NCBI GenBank assembly: GCA_963758295.1
Contig: CAVWUU010000004.1
Span: 576,001 to 640,000, forward strand
Direction: 5' to 3'
Length of the DNA: 64,000 nucleotides
From: Candidatus Eremiobacteria bacterium
GTDB taxonomy: Bacteria; Vulcanimicrobiota; Vulcanimicrobiia; Vulcanimicrobiales; Vulcanimicrobiaceae
Both the position numbers and the translations under genes were made by a program. The notes under the pieces were generated by a model. It was not told where the DNA came from. It ran no database searches and worked only from the letters and a program-made list of their open reading frames with translations. Below, piece by piece: positions 19,257 to 29,035 of the stretch; position 1 is the stretch's first letter, and every line of letters begins with the position of its first letter.

Positions 19257-20506
19257 GCTATGCCTCCGAAGCGTTCAATTCGAAATGGAGTAAGGTCGAT
19301 CGCGGGTTCGCGCCCTAACACGAGCGAGCTCATCACGTTTGCCGAGATGCCGGCTTGCGTCAATCCTAGATGCTGGTGCCCAAAGCAGTAAAACAGATTC
19401 GCGTGCTTTGAGCCTTTGCCCATCGCGGGAAGCGAATCCGGCAGCGACGGCCGGAAGCCCATCCAACGGGTGCTTTGCTGTTTCTCGACGCCCGGCAAGT
19501 AATGCTTCGCTAAATCGTATAGTACGTCCGAGCGGCGCGGATTCATCGGCGCGCGCGTGCCCGCGAATTCCACGGTCCCGGCGAGGCGGATGCCGCTGTC
19601 GAGCCCCGTCACGCAGAAGTGCCGCTCTTGGAAAACCATCGGGCGGTGCACGGTGACACCCGGCTCCGGAAGCATCAAGTGGTACCCGCGTTCGGTTTCA
19701 ATGGGCACGCGATACCCAAGCGGCGATAACAGCGCACCCGACCACACGCCGGCGGCGACGACGACCCGTCGCGCGTTGAAGCGTTCTCCCGCATGGAGGA
19801 CATACGAGCCATTTGCTTCCGGCACTATATGCGTAACGCGATTGCGGAAAATGCGCGCGCCACGCGAGACAGCCGCAACTGCAAGGCTTGCACTAAACGC
19901 AAGCGGGTCCGTGCAGCGGGCGGAGCCGGGGAAAAAGATCGCGCCGGCGAGGCCCCTCGCGAGCGATGGCTCGAGTTCATGCAATTCCGAGGACGTGAGT
20001 AAACGCGCACCGATGCCAAAGGACTGCAGCGTTTCAACTTGTGGTGCGACCGCGCGTAACGTCTTCTCCTGTTCGCACACGAGCAGACCGCCGTTGTGAT
20101 CGAGATAGTTCTGTGCGCCGGCCAACTGCGCCAGCTCATCGAGCGCGGCGAGCGCATTACGATTGAGACTCGCAAGCGCGGCCGTGTTGCGGCGAACGGC
20201 CGAAGGGCGCATGGCGGCAAGAAAGCGCAAACCCCACGGCACGAGCGTCGGAAGATACGACGGGCGGATCACGAGCGGTCCCAGCGGATCGAGCAGCATC
20301 TTCGGCAGTTCTAGCAGCAGCGAGGGATCCGCCAGCGGAAAGATTTCGCCGACGGATATGTAGCTGGCGCTTCCGACGGCGGCACCCGTACCGGCACCGT
20401 CGGGATCGAACAACGTCACGGACGCGCCTGCGTTTTGCAGCGAGAGCGCCACAGACGTGCCGATAATGCCGCCGCCGATGATCGCGACGTCCATTTGTTC
20501 GTTCAT
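19253..20506 (-). CDS. FAD-dependent D-amino acid dehydrogenase (putative D-hydroxyproline dehydrogenase)
   Basis: Start reassigned to MNEQMDVAIIGGGIIG; ERGYH, WMGFRPSLPDSLP, FGHQHLGLT. Confidence 0.8.
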   Translation of the reverse strand: MNEQMDVAIIGGGIIGTSVALSLQNAGASVTLFDPDGAGTGAAVGSASYISVGEIFPLADPSLLLELPKMLLDPLGPLVIRPSYLPTLVPWGLRFLAAMRPSAVRRNTAALASLNRNALAALDELAQLAGAQNYLDHNGGLLVCEQEKTLRAVAPQVETLQSFGIGARLLTSSELHELEPSLARGLAGAIFFPGSARCTDPLAFSASLAVAAVSRGARIFRNRVTHIVPEANGSYVLHAGERFNARRVVVAAGVWSGALLSPLGYRVPIETERGYHLMLPEPGVTVHRPMVFQERHFCVTGLDSGIRLAGTVEFAGTRAPMNPRRSDVLYDLAKHYLPGVEKQQSTRWMGFRPSLPDSLPAMGKGSKHANLFYCFGHQHLGLTQAGISANVMSSLVLGREPAIDLTPFRIERFGGIA

Positions 20507-20570
20507 AAAGTTAGCCGCACACAGCTGCCGGGATGCGCCCGTGCTTCGCTGCGATCGGCATGACACCAGG

Positions 20571-20586
20571 TATACGAAATCGTATA
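20571..20586. promoter_or_regulatory. GntR-type operator candidate TATACG-AAAT-CGTATA
   Basis: Palindrome between divergent genes; related site at 23137-23157. Confidence 0.65.
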
Positions 20587-20597
20587 TTAGAGGAATC

Positions 20598-21581
20598 ATG
20601 AAGAGTCCTGGAACGTTGCGAGCGATAGATTCGCATACCGAAGGTGAACCGACGCGCGTGTTGATCGACGGCGTGCCACCCTTGAGCGGCGCGACGATGA
20701 GCGAGAAGCGCGCCGAGTTGCAACGCGACTGGGACCACATACGAACCGCGCTGACCAGCGAACCGCGCGCGTCCGAGGGGACCGTTGCAGCCATTCTCAC
20801 GGAGCCGGTAACGCTGGGAGCAGCAGCGGGCGTTATCTTTGCGAACCGTTCGGCGTACCTCGGCATGTGCGGACACGGAACCATCGGCGTCGCGCGAACG
20901 CTTCAATACCTCGAACGGATCGGCGCCGGTGCGCAGCGCTTCACGCTCGACACGCCGGCGGGAAGGGTCGACGTGGAGACGTTCGAGGACGGATCCGTGG
21001 ACCTGCGCAATGTTGCATCGTACGCCTACCGGCTCGACGTCAGCGTCGACGTGCCGAACGTCGGGACAATTCACGGGGATATCGCCTATGGCGGTAATTG
21101 GTTCTTCCTCCTCGACGCGACGAAACTCGATCTGCATCTTCGGGTCGACCTCGAGAATGTTGCCGAACTGACAGCCTTTACGAAGTCGGTCGACCGGGCC
21201 TTGCGCGACCAACGAATCACCGGCCAGAACGGCGCGACGGTAGACCATGTGGAGCTGTTCGGTCCGCCACACCGCGAGGACGCTGATTCGAAGAACTTCG
21301 TGTTGTGTCCCGACGGTGCATACGATCGTTCTCCGTGCGGCACGGGAACATCCGCAAAGATGGCGGTGCTTGCACGCCGGGGCGATTTGCGCGCGGGCGA
21401 AGCGTGGCATCAAGAAAGCATCACCGGGACGTTGTTTACCGGACGATACGAAGGCGAAGGCCAATCGATCGTGCCGTACATTCGCGGGCGAGCCTTTATC
21501 ACAGCCGAAACGACACTCTTCTTCGACCGCGGCGACCCCTTCGAACACGGCATCCCGGCCGTTGCGGAACCGGCGCGCTGA
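20598..21581 (+). CDS. Proline racemase family, probable 4-hydroxyproline 2-epimerase
   Basis: IDSHTEGEPTR, GMCGHGTIG, YGGNWF, DRSPCGTGTSA (both catalytic Cys); AGAGG before ATG 20598. Confidence 0.9.
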   Translation: MKSPGTLRAIDSHTEGEPTRVLIDGVPPLSGATMSEKRAELQRDWDHIRTALTSEPRASEGTVAAILTEPVTLGAAAGVIFANRSAYLGMCGHGTIGVARTLQYLERIGAGAQRFTLDTPAGRVDVETFEDGSVDLRNVASYAYRLDVSVDVPNVGTIHGDIAYGGNWFFLLDATKLDLHLRVDLENVAELTAFTKSVDRALRDQRITGQNGATVDHVELFGPPHREDADSKNFVLCPDGAYDRSPCGTGTSAKMAVLARRGDLRAGEAWHQESITGTLFTGRYEGEGQSIVPYIRGRAFITAETTLFFDRGDPFEHGIPAVAEPAR

Positions 21582-22249
21582 TGCCGAAAACGCAAGCCCC
21601 GGCCGCCACGCAGATTCTCGAGCGTCTGCGCAAAGCGATCATGAATGGCGATCTCCGCAGCGGACAGCCGCTTCGCCAAGACGATCTCGCGGCGCATTTT
21701 GGCACGAGCAAGATTCCCGTTCGTGAGGCGCTGCAGCGTCTCGAAGGCGAAGGGCTTGTGAAATCTTTTCCGCATCGCGGCGTCTTTGTCACGGAACTTT
21801 CCGCCGACGAACTGCAAGAAATCTGCGAAATCCGCGTCGATCTCGAATCGCGCGCGTTGAAACTCGCGATCAAGAACCTCGATAAGGAGACAATCGACCG
21901 GGCGCGCAAAATTTTGGACGAAGCCGAGAGCGCGAACGATTACCTCACAAGCTGGAGTGCGCGAAACTGGGCGTTTCACGCCACGATCTACGCCGAGGCA
22001 AACCGGCCGCGGCTGTTGCAGATGATCGAAACGCTGCATGGGCACACGGAACGCTATCTTCAGTTGCACGTATCGATTCTGGACTATCGCAAGAAGGGCG
22101 AGAAAGAGCATCGCGACCTGCTGAAGTTTGCGGCTCGCGGCGAAACGCAGAAAGCGGTTGCGCTGCTCTCGAGCCACATCGACAATGTCTATACGATGCT
22201 CAAACCCTATTTATCGCGCCGCGGCCCCAACTCGTTCGCGCAGCTTTAG
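21581..22249 (+). CDS. GntR-family regulator (FCD domain)
   Basis: LRKAIMNG, SKIPVREALQRL..EGLV, NWAFH, EH; TGATG coupling. Confidence 0.92.
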   Translation: MPKTQAPAATQILERLRKAIMNGDLRSGQPLRQDDLAAHFGTSKIPVREALQRLEGEGLVKSFPHRGVFVTELSADELQEICEIRVDLESRALKLAIKNLDKETIDRARKILDEAESANDYLTSWSARNWAFHATIYAEANRPRLLQMIETLHGHTERYLQLHVSILDYRKKGEKEHRDLLKFAARGETQKAVALLSSHIDNVYTMLKPYLSRRGPNSFAQL

Positions 22250-23136
22250 GCATTCGCGAATAAGCGCCAGTTGCGAAGCGAGTTCCTCGCCTTCCAATTC
22301 CAGGCGCGGCGGACGTACCCGCGCGGATCCGTGTCCAACTTCGGCTTGAACCAACTTGATGAGCTGAATGAATTTCGGCACCGTGTCGAGCCGCAGCAGC
22401 GGCAAGAACCACTCATACAGACTGCGCGCCAGATCTTCATCGGCTGCAACGCCCTCATCGCCCGTCACGAGGTTGAACAAGCGCACCGACTCTTCCGGAA
22501 GCGCGTTCACGAGGCCGGCGATCCAGCCGACCGCCCCGGCATGTACCGATTCAACGATTGCGTCGTCGACGCCGCAGAAAATCGCGAGCCGGTCGCCGAG
22601 TAGACGACGGATCTCCGTTACGCGCCGCACGTCCGTACTCGATTCTTTTACGGCATGCAAATTCGCATGACGCTCGGCCAGAGCTGCGACGCGTTCCGGT
22701 AAGACGTCGGTCCCGTACGCTATCGGATTGTTATAAAGCATGCAGGAGAGCGGCGTGGCAGAAATGACCGCATCGAAGTGCGCTTCCATTTCCCGCGTGT
22801 CGCCACGGTACACGTAAGGCGGCAGCACCATGAGGCCTTCGCATCCGGCCGCCTGCGCCGCTTTTGCGAGATCGACCGCCTCTGCTGTCCGAAGTCCCGC
22901 AACGCCGGCAACGACGGGCACACCGAGCGGCGCCGCCACATTGATGCACGTTTCCAAAATGCGTCGTTTTTCATCGGCAACCAGCGTCGACGCTTCACCC
23001 AAAGAGCCCAGCGGTACGATGCCTCGCACGCCACCCGAATTTGCCAACGGGTCTGCTCGCCGAACGCGGCGTAATCGACCGAAAAATCCTCATCGAACGG
23101 CGTCGTGATCGCCGAAAATACGCCTCGCCATCTCAT
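22211..23136 (-). pseudogene. DapA-like protein (putative 1-pyrroline-4-hydroxy-2-carboxylate deaminase), frameshifted near 23047
   Basis: MRWRGVFSAITTPF lies in one frame and GIVPLGSLGE...MLYNNP...VKESS in another; span 926 nt is not a multiple of 3; could be a sequencing error. Confidence 0.8.
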
Positions 23137-23157
23137 ATCGTATACGATTTTATATAC
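23137..23157. promoter_or_regulatory. Second GntR-type operator candidate
   Basis: ATCGTATACGAT palindrome followed by TTTATATAC, abutting the start codon. Confidence 0.6.
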
Positions 23158-23315
23158 GGTAGCGACTTCCTGCGCCAAGGATGAGCACAACACTCAAGGA
23201 GCGTTACATCGGCTGGGGGCAACCACGCTTGCCGGCGGCTGCCGCTGGCACTTCGCCGCGGGGCTTATCCTTTTTCTAAGCCCGTTTGCGAATGCGCCAT
23301 ACAGGTGGCATAGCG

Positions 23316-23891
23316 ATGTCCGATGCTGTGCGCATGAACCGATGCATACCGGTCGACTTGAACCCGCACGAGCGATATGCCGTTGTCGATCTCGAGACCA
23401 CCGGATTCAGCCCCGTCGCCGATCGGGTGGTCGAAATGGCGTGCGTGATCGTTGAGAACCGCCGTGTCATCGAGACATGGGCGACGCTCGTGAATCCCGG
23501 CATTTCCATTCCGCCGCGTGCAACAGCAATTCATGGCATCGCCAACGACGACGTAAGCGACGCACCCACGTTCTCGGCGGCGCAACGCCGGTTGCGCCGG
23601 TTATGTCGCGGAGCAACCGTCGTAGCGCACAACGCCGCGTTCGACTTGGCGTTTTTACCGCGGCTGTCGTCGTTTCCGTCGTTATGCACGCTAAGCCTCG
23701 CGCGGCGCGCCTTCCCTAATGCGCCCAATCATAAGAATCAGACGCTGCGGCAGTACCTCTCCATAGATGCCGATCGGGGGTTTCGCACGTTAGGCGCCCA
23801 CCGCGCCCTCGACGATGCGCTTGTTACGGCCGCCATTCTCGTTCGCTGCTTAGACCGCTTGTGCCGGACGTTTGACAAACGTGCCGGTTAG
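23316..23891 (+). CDS. DEDDh 3'-5' exonuclease (DnaQ-like)
   Basis: VVDLETTG, HNAAFDL, HRALDDA; start uncertain (23316/23334). Confidence 0.9.
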   Translation: MSDAVRMNRCIPVDLNPHERYAVVDLETTGFSPVADRVVEMACVIVENRRVIETWATLVNPGISIPPRATAIHGIANDDVSDAPTFSAAQRRLRRLCRGATVVAHNAAFDLAFLPRLSSFPSLCTLSLARRAFPNAPNHKNQTLRQYLSIDADRGFRTLGAHRALDDALVTAAILVRCLDRLCRTFDKRAG

Positions 23892-23909
23892 GAGCCGAAC
23901 GTTGCAATG

Positions 23910-24732
23910 CCGTCATGGTGATCCTGAAGAACAAAGCTGAAGCATCCCCGTCATGGTGAGCTTGTCGAACCAGAGGCGCATAAAAGCATTGCCGATATGC
24001 CCCCGTCCTTCGACAAAGCTCAGGATGACGCAGGGGGAACCGTCCGCGCAAGCGCGGCGGCTGATAACTAGGGAAGACCGGAGCATCCCCGTCATGGTGA
24101 GCTTGTCGAACCAGAGGCGCATAAAAGCATTGCGGATATGCGCCCGTCCTTCGACAAGCTCAGGATGACCAGGGGGAACCGTCCGCGCAAGCGCGGCGGC
24201 TGATAACTGGGAAAGCGGAAGCAGCATCCCCGTCATGGTGAGCTTGTCGAACCAGAGGCGCATAAAAGCATTGCCGATATGCGCCCGTCCTTCGACAGGC
24301 TCAGGATGACCAGGGCGAACCGTCCGCGCAAGCGCGGCGGCTGATAACTAGGAAAGCGGAAGCATCCTCCGTCATGGTGAGCTTGTCGAACCAGAGGCGC
24401 ATAAAAGCATTGCGGATATGCGCCTGTCCTTCGACAAGCTCAGGATGACCAGGGGGAACCGTCCGCGCAAGCGCGGCGGCTGATAACTGGGAAAGCGGAA
24501 GCATCCCCGTCATGGTGAGCTTGTCGAACCAGAGGCGCATAAAAGCATTGCGGATATGCGCCGTCCTTCGACAGGCTCAGGATGACCAGGGGGAACCGTC
24601 CGCGCAAGCGCGGCGGCGATAACTGGTAAAGCTGAAGCATCCCCGTCATGGTGAGCTTGTCGAACCAGAGGCGCATAAAAGCATTGCGGATATGCGCCCG
24701 TCCTTCGACAAGCTCAGGATGACCAGGGGGGG
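23910..24732. repeat. REP/REPIN-like tandem array 2 (six units, period 136-141 bp)
   Basis: Unit starts 23950, 24091, 24232, 24371, 24509, 24645; linker carries a CCGCGC-AA-GCGCGG hairpin. Confidence 0.92.
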
Positions 24733-25746
24733 CTAGACGCGGCCGTGTGAAGCGCAAGGAGATTGGCTGCGGTCGAAAATGACGCCGAGGCCACAACTGG
24801 AGCGGAACATGCGGCGGTTGTCGTGCGGGACGCCCAGGACGAAAGCAAAATCTTGATTCGTTCCTGAGGGATGGCGACGCTTCATGTAAGCGATGAAGTT
24901 CTTCCCGCGGGCGAAGCGATATGGGCCTTGCGCTTCGCCGCCGCACGTGCGGTCGAGATCGTCTTCCTTGGGATTGGTGTCTGCCGTGCCGAGTAAGTAC
25001 GTTACGTGGCGAGACACGTACTGCGCCTCAAGCTGCTGGACATTTTGGGTGACGTACGGCGGGGCGCCCGCGATGCCGTAACGCCATTGGTTGAAATCGG
25101 CGCAGTTCTTTTGTGGTATGGGGCGATCGTCGCTGAAGTAAAAATACGAGGACGGATTTGAAACGATGAGGTGAACCCGAACGCCGGCCCCGGGATTGAG
25201 CTGCGGCGCTTTGCCGACGATGGCGTAGCGCTGCACGATCTGGCCGCCGGCCGAATGACCTGCCAGAACGACTTCTTGCATGCGCGGGAAGCGCTTGCGA
25301 TCCGATAAGCGCTCAAGGATCGCGTCGAACACCGAGTAGGTGCTGATCGGCGCGGGTGCAGTTGCGGGCGATCCGCCAGGCCACTTGCCGCTCCACCGCA
25401 ACGTATTCGCGGGAACGGGGTGTCCGGCAAGATCTTCTGCTTCTACGAATTGCGGCGCAATAACTATCGTGTCGCTCGAATGGGCATCGCGCACCGATTC
25501 CATCCCGGTATCGTAGTAGTAATCCGCGTCGCGCAGCACGCCATGAACGATGATGAGCGCACGCTTCGCGTTTCGGTCGCCCTCGAGCGATCCGTTGCTG
25601 AAGTACCGCGCCATTCCGGATCCATCGGTCGTCGTAACGAGGAACTGTTTCGGCGCAAGCTTTCCGGAGTTGTCAGGTTGCGGCGTCTCGGTAGCCATTG
25701 GCGACACGAGCGCCGCGGCAAGAACAAACGCGATCGTCTTTAGCAT
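24733..25746 (-). CDS. Secreted alpha/beta hydrolase
   Basis: Signal peptide, IVHG, APQF, GHSAGGQ nucleophile elbow, GVPHD. Confidence 0.85.
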   Translation of the reverse strand: MLKTIAFVLAAALVSPMATETPQPDNSGKLAPKQFLVTTTDGSGMARYFSNGSLEGDRNAKRALIIVHGVLRDADYYYDTGMESVRDAHSSDTIVIAPQFVEAEDLAGHPVPANTLRWSGKWPGGSPATAPAPISTYSVFDAILERLSDRKRFPRMQEVVLAGHSAGGQIVQRYAIVGKAPQLNPGAGVRVHLIVSNPSSYFYFSDDRPIPQKNCADFNQWRYGIAGAPPYVTQNVQQLEAQYVSRHVTYLLGTADTNPKEDDLDRTCGGEAQGPYRFARGKNFIAYMKRRHPSGTNQDFAFVLGVPHDNRRMFRSSCGLGVIFDRSQSPCASHGRV

Positions 25747-25800
25747 GGCAAGCGACGTTCGCCGTGCTCGCGGTTAGGGCATGCGGCGAAGCGATGTTGT

Positions 25801-26205
25801 GATGCGCCTGTCCTTCGACGGGCTCAGGATGACGAGGATGTGATGCGCCTGTCCTTCGACGGGCTCAGGATGACGAGGATGTGATGCGCCTGTCCTTCGA
25901 CGGGCTCAGGATGACGAGGATGGGATGCGCCTGTCCTTCGACGGGCTCAGGATGACGAGGATGGGATGCGCCTGTCCTTCGACGGGCTCAGGATGACGAG
26001 GATGGGATGCGCCTGTCCTTCGACGGGCTCAAGATGACGAGGATGGATGCGCCTGTCCTTCGACGGGCTCAGGATGACGAGGATGGGATGCGCCTGTCCT
26101 TCGACGGGCTCAGGATGACGAGGATGGGATGCGCCTGTCCTTCGACGGGCTCAGGATGACGAGGATGGGATGCGCCTGTCCTTCGACGGGCTCAGGATGA
26201 CGAGG
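25801..26205. repeat. Array 3: ten head-to-tail 41-bp single-arm REP units
   Basis: gatgcgcctgtccttcgacgggctcaggatgacgaggatgg x10, nearly identical. Confidence 0.95.
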
Positions 26206-26209
26206 CGAG

Positions 26210-26785
26210 TTAGGGTGAGGGGTCGGGTGGTAGCGCGCCGGTTGGGATGGGGGCGGGAGTGCGAGTGGTGGCGACGCCGCAAGTTGTCGTGTCGTGAGCG
26301 ATGGGGGCGATGTATTTTTGGCCCTTCGCTATTTCCACCGTCGTCATTTTATGGAAGCGCTTCGGCGCGTGATACTCCGAGCGCACAAACGAAAGATCGA
26401 CGTGCCCACCGCAGAAAGTCGTAAGGCTCGTTACGGTGACACGAAGGTTTGCGCCCTTGCTCATCGCTTTGTTTGCGGCGCCGCCGGCTACCGCGCCCGC
26501 GGGACCGAGTGCGCCGGCAAGTGTGCCGGCATGCGCCTTATTTCCTTGGCGCGCGTCTTGGACCACGCCTTCGGCCATGTCGCCGGCTCGCGCAATCATT
26601 ACGCCGTCGACGATAACGTCTTGGCTAACGGTGTAAGCCAGACGCTCGCCCGCATGAAACGTTGCGGAATTAATTGCGTTATAGGTCTGCACGACGACCG
26701 GCGTATCCTTAGGGACTTGCGCGGTCGTCGTTGCAGCAACCATTAGAAGCGCGAGCGGTATCGACCACTTCGCGAGCTTGGTCAT
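26210..26785 (-). CDS. Hypothetical secreted protein
   Basis: Signal peptide; INSAT..GE..YTVSQDV.VDG; overlaps the upstream gene. Confidence 0.7.
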   Translation of the reverse strand: MTKLAKWSIPLALLMVAATTTAQVPKDTPVVVQTYNAINSATFHAGERLAYTVSQDVIVDGVMIARAGDMAEGVVQDARQGNKAHAGTLAGALGPAGAVAGGAANKAMSKGANLRVTVTSLTTFCGGHVDLSFVRSEYHAPKRFHKMTTVEIAKGQKYIAPIAHDTTTCGVATTRTPAPIPTGALPPDPSP

Positions 26786-27123
26786 TTGATGAGCACGACG
26801 TTATCGAAGGACCGCATGCGGCCCTTGAATTTCTGGTGGAACGTCCCGGTAGCCGTTCCCGTGTCGCCGTCCGAGTATTTAGCCGCGTTCGTCTCGTCGA
26901 TAACGAGAACGCATTTTGAGTCGCACAACTGAAAGGCGGCGACGGTTCCCATCGGCGTCTTCTGGTTTTGGAAGTGCGCTACTTTGCCGGAGACCGTAAC
27001 GGTTTTACCCTCAAATGAAGCGGGATTGGCTACGATGCTCGAGGGGGCTTGATCGGCGGCGAGAGCCGGAGCGGCTGCAATCGCAAAAAGCGCAAGCGCA
27101 GCCGTAGCGGAAAAACGTGACAT
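26782..27123 (-). CDS. Small secreted OB-fold-like protein
   Basis: Signal peptide ALA-A; NPASFEGKTVTVSGKV, FQLCD, ATGTF. Confidence 0.7.
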   Translation of the reverse strand: MSRFSATAALALFAIAAAPALAADQAPSSIVANPASFEGKTVTVSGKVAHFQNQKTPMGTVAAFQLCDSKCVLVIDETNAAKYSDGDTGTATGTFHQKFKGRMRSFDNVVLIK

Positions 27124-27152
27124 AAAGGAATGCTCCAATCGCTGGTGTGGCG

Positions 27153-27491
27153 TTATTTGCCGGGAAGGAGATCGCAGTCGATCATCTTGTTGAGCAGCGG
27201 TCCCGCGACTTTGTTGATGAATCGCTGCCGCATCGCAGGATCTTTCTTCATCATGCCGCTTGCGCCGCCGCCGCTGCCGCTGCTCTTACGCGACTTCAGA
27301 AACGATTCGAATTGCGGGCAGGAATCGTTTTGAATTTCCGACACCATTTGATTGGCGACGTCATCGACGATCTTATTCTTCATTTGCTCGCGAAGCTGCG
27401 CTCCCGCATGTTGCGGGACGAACATAACGGCCGTAAATGCGAGGGCAATGGCCAAGGATATGCGTGGAACAGCGGAAGTAAACCGTTTCAT
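27153..27491 (-). CDS. Small secreted helical protein with two cysteines
   Basis: Signal peptide AGA-Q; SCPQF...FINKVAGPLLNKMIDCDLLP; GAAAGGA upstream. Confidence 0.7.
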   Translation of the reverse strand: MKRFTSAVPRISLAIALAFTAVMFVPQHAGAQLREQMKNKIVDDVANQMVSEIQNDSCPQFESFLKSRKSSGSGGGASGMMKKDPAMRQRFINKVAGPLLNKMIDCDLLPGK

Positions 27492-27592
27492 TACGATCCT
27501 TTCTTCGCGCGTGAAGCATTGCTGCGATCGATTGTACGCCTATTGTGCGCTTCGAACTCAGCACGGTCCACGGGCGGTCGAACGGTAAGTTG

Positions 27593-29035
27593 CTATTGGG
27601 TTACGGCTGAGACCGGCTCGGGTTGCCAGCCTCCTCCGAGGCTCTTGTAGAGTTGAATCAGTGCCACGCGTTCGTTGTATCGCGCTTGAACCAACGATAT
27701 TTCCGCGGCATAGGATTGCGTTTCGCTTACTAACACCTCCAAATACGAAGTAACGCCGCCTTCATAGCGCAGCGACGCCAAGCGCGTTGCGTCGACTGCT
27801 GCGGCGGTTTCGGCGGTCTGCGCCGTTGCCGATTTCCGGCCTTCGTCGTAAGACACGAGCGCGTTCGATACATCTTCCACGTCCTGGTGGATCGTTTGAA
27901 TGTACTGGAGCGTCGCGGCTTCTTTGCCGGCTTCATTGAGTGCAACGTTGGCGCGCACGGCGCCCGCGTTGAAAATCTGCTGGACGATCTGCGGAACGAT
28001 CGAAACAATCCCTTCGCCGTAGGTCTTCACACCCGGCGCCACGATGTTTCCAATGCCTCGCGTTACGGCTTGGGCAGATGCGGCGCCCGCCGACGCACCG
28101 ATCGTGATTTGAGGAAATAACAGCGCACGCGCTTCCCCGATCTGCGCGTTGGCCGCAATGAGCGCGGCCTCGCTCGCCTTGATGTCCGGCCGACGTTCGA
28201 TCAGCGATGCCGGCACGCCGGTCGTGGGCACATCGGGCATCGCGAGCTGCCGCTGCAAACGATAGCCGCGTTGGATCGAATGAGGATACCCGCCGATGAG
28301 CACCCCAATGGCATTTTCGGTTTGCTTGATCGCGCTGCGCAATTGCGGGATCGCAGCCTCGACTTGCGCGACGAGTTCTTGCGACTGCCGCACGTCCTGC
28401 AACGTCCCAATGCCGCCGGTGAAGCGCGCCGTAACGAGATCCAACGAAGTTTGACGCGCCGTTAGTGTCTGCTGCGAAATGACGAGTTCATCGTCGAGTT
28501 CGCGCAATTGAAAGTAGAGCGTCGCGACGGAAGACACGACCGTCGAGAGCACGGTTTCGCGAGCGAACTCGGTTTGCAACACCGTTGCGCGAGCGGCGGC
28601 CGTGGCGCTGCTGACTTTTCCGAAGAGATCGACTTCGTACGAGAGCGTCAACAAGCCGTTCGGCACGAACGTTGAGCGAGGCGACGTGGCGGGAAGCTGG
28701 CCGTTCGTTTGTTGATACGGGGCGCTGAGGACGGCGTTGAGCTGCGGAAAACGTCCTGCGCCGGCGATGGTTAGTTGCGCCTCTGCCTGCTGAATCCGTT
28801 GAGCTGCGACGAGAACGTCTTGGTTCTGGGCGACAGCCGTGCGAAGCAACTGCTGCAACGTCGGATCTTGGAAGACTTGCCACCAGCCGAGATCGCCCAT
28901 CGACTGGGTGCTTGCCGGGGACGCAGTCGCATCGGGATAAACGGCCGGCAACACGGCGTCGGGACGCTCGTACGGCGGCCCCGCGCATGTGGCCAAGAGC
29001 TGCGCCGCCACAAGGCCGGCAATGAGAAATTTCAT
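27593..29035 (-). CDS. RND outer-membrane factor lipoprotein (NodT/OprM type)
   Basis: Lipobox [29 protein letters not shown]. Confidence 0.95.
   Translation of the reverse strand: MKFLIAGLVAAQLLATCAGPPYERPDAVLPAVYPDATASPASTQSMGDLGWWQVFQDPTLQQLLRTAVAQNQDVLVAAQRIQQAEAQLTIAGAGRFPQLNAVLSAPYQQTNGQLPATSPRSTFVPNGLLTLSYEVDLFGKVSSATAAARATVLQTEFARETVLSTVVSSVATLYFQLRELDDELVISQQTLTARQTSLDLVTARFTGGIGTLQDVRQSQELVAQVEAAIPQLRSAIKQTENAIGVLIGGYPHSIQRGYRLQRQLAMPDVPTTGVPASLIERRPDIKASEAALIAANAQIGEARALLFPQITIGASAGAASAQAVTRGIGNIVAPGVKTYGEGIVSIVPQIVQQIFNAGAVRANVALNEAGKEAATLQYIQTIHQDVEDVSNALVSYDEGRKSATAQTAETAAAVDATRLASLRYEGGVTSYLEVLVSETQSYAAEISLVQARYNERVALIQLYKSLGGGWQPEPVSAVTQ

Noticed and set aside
19253..20884. 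543-aa version of the FAD dehydrogenase, and similar N-terminal extensions at 4885, 6024, 20457, 21305, 35624, 38307, 52143, 52520 and 59283
   Set aside because: The extensions overlap neighbouring genes or regulatory DNA; family motifs and start/stop overlaps point to later starts
17245..23891. Uma2 nuclease or DEDDh exonuclease as the mobiliser of the repeats
   Set aside because: Neither has HUH/RAYT motifs; Uma2 is not flanked by repeats; the exonuclease adjoins only one array
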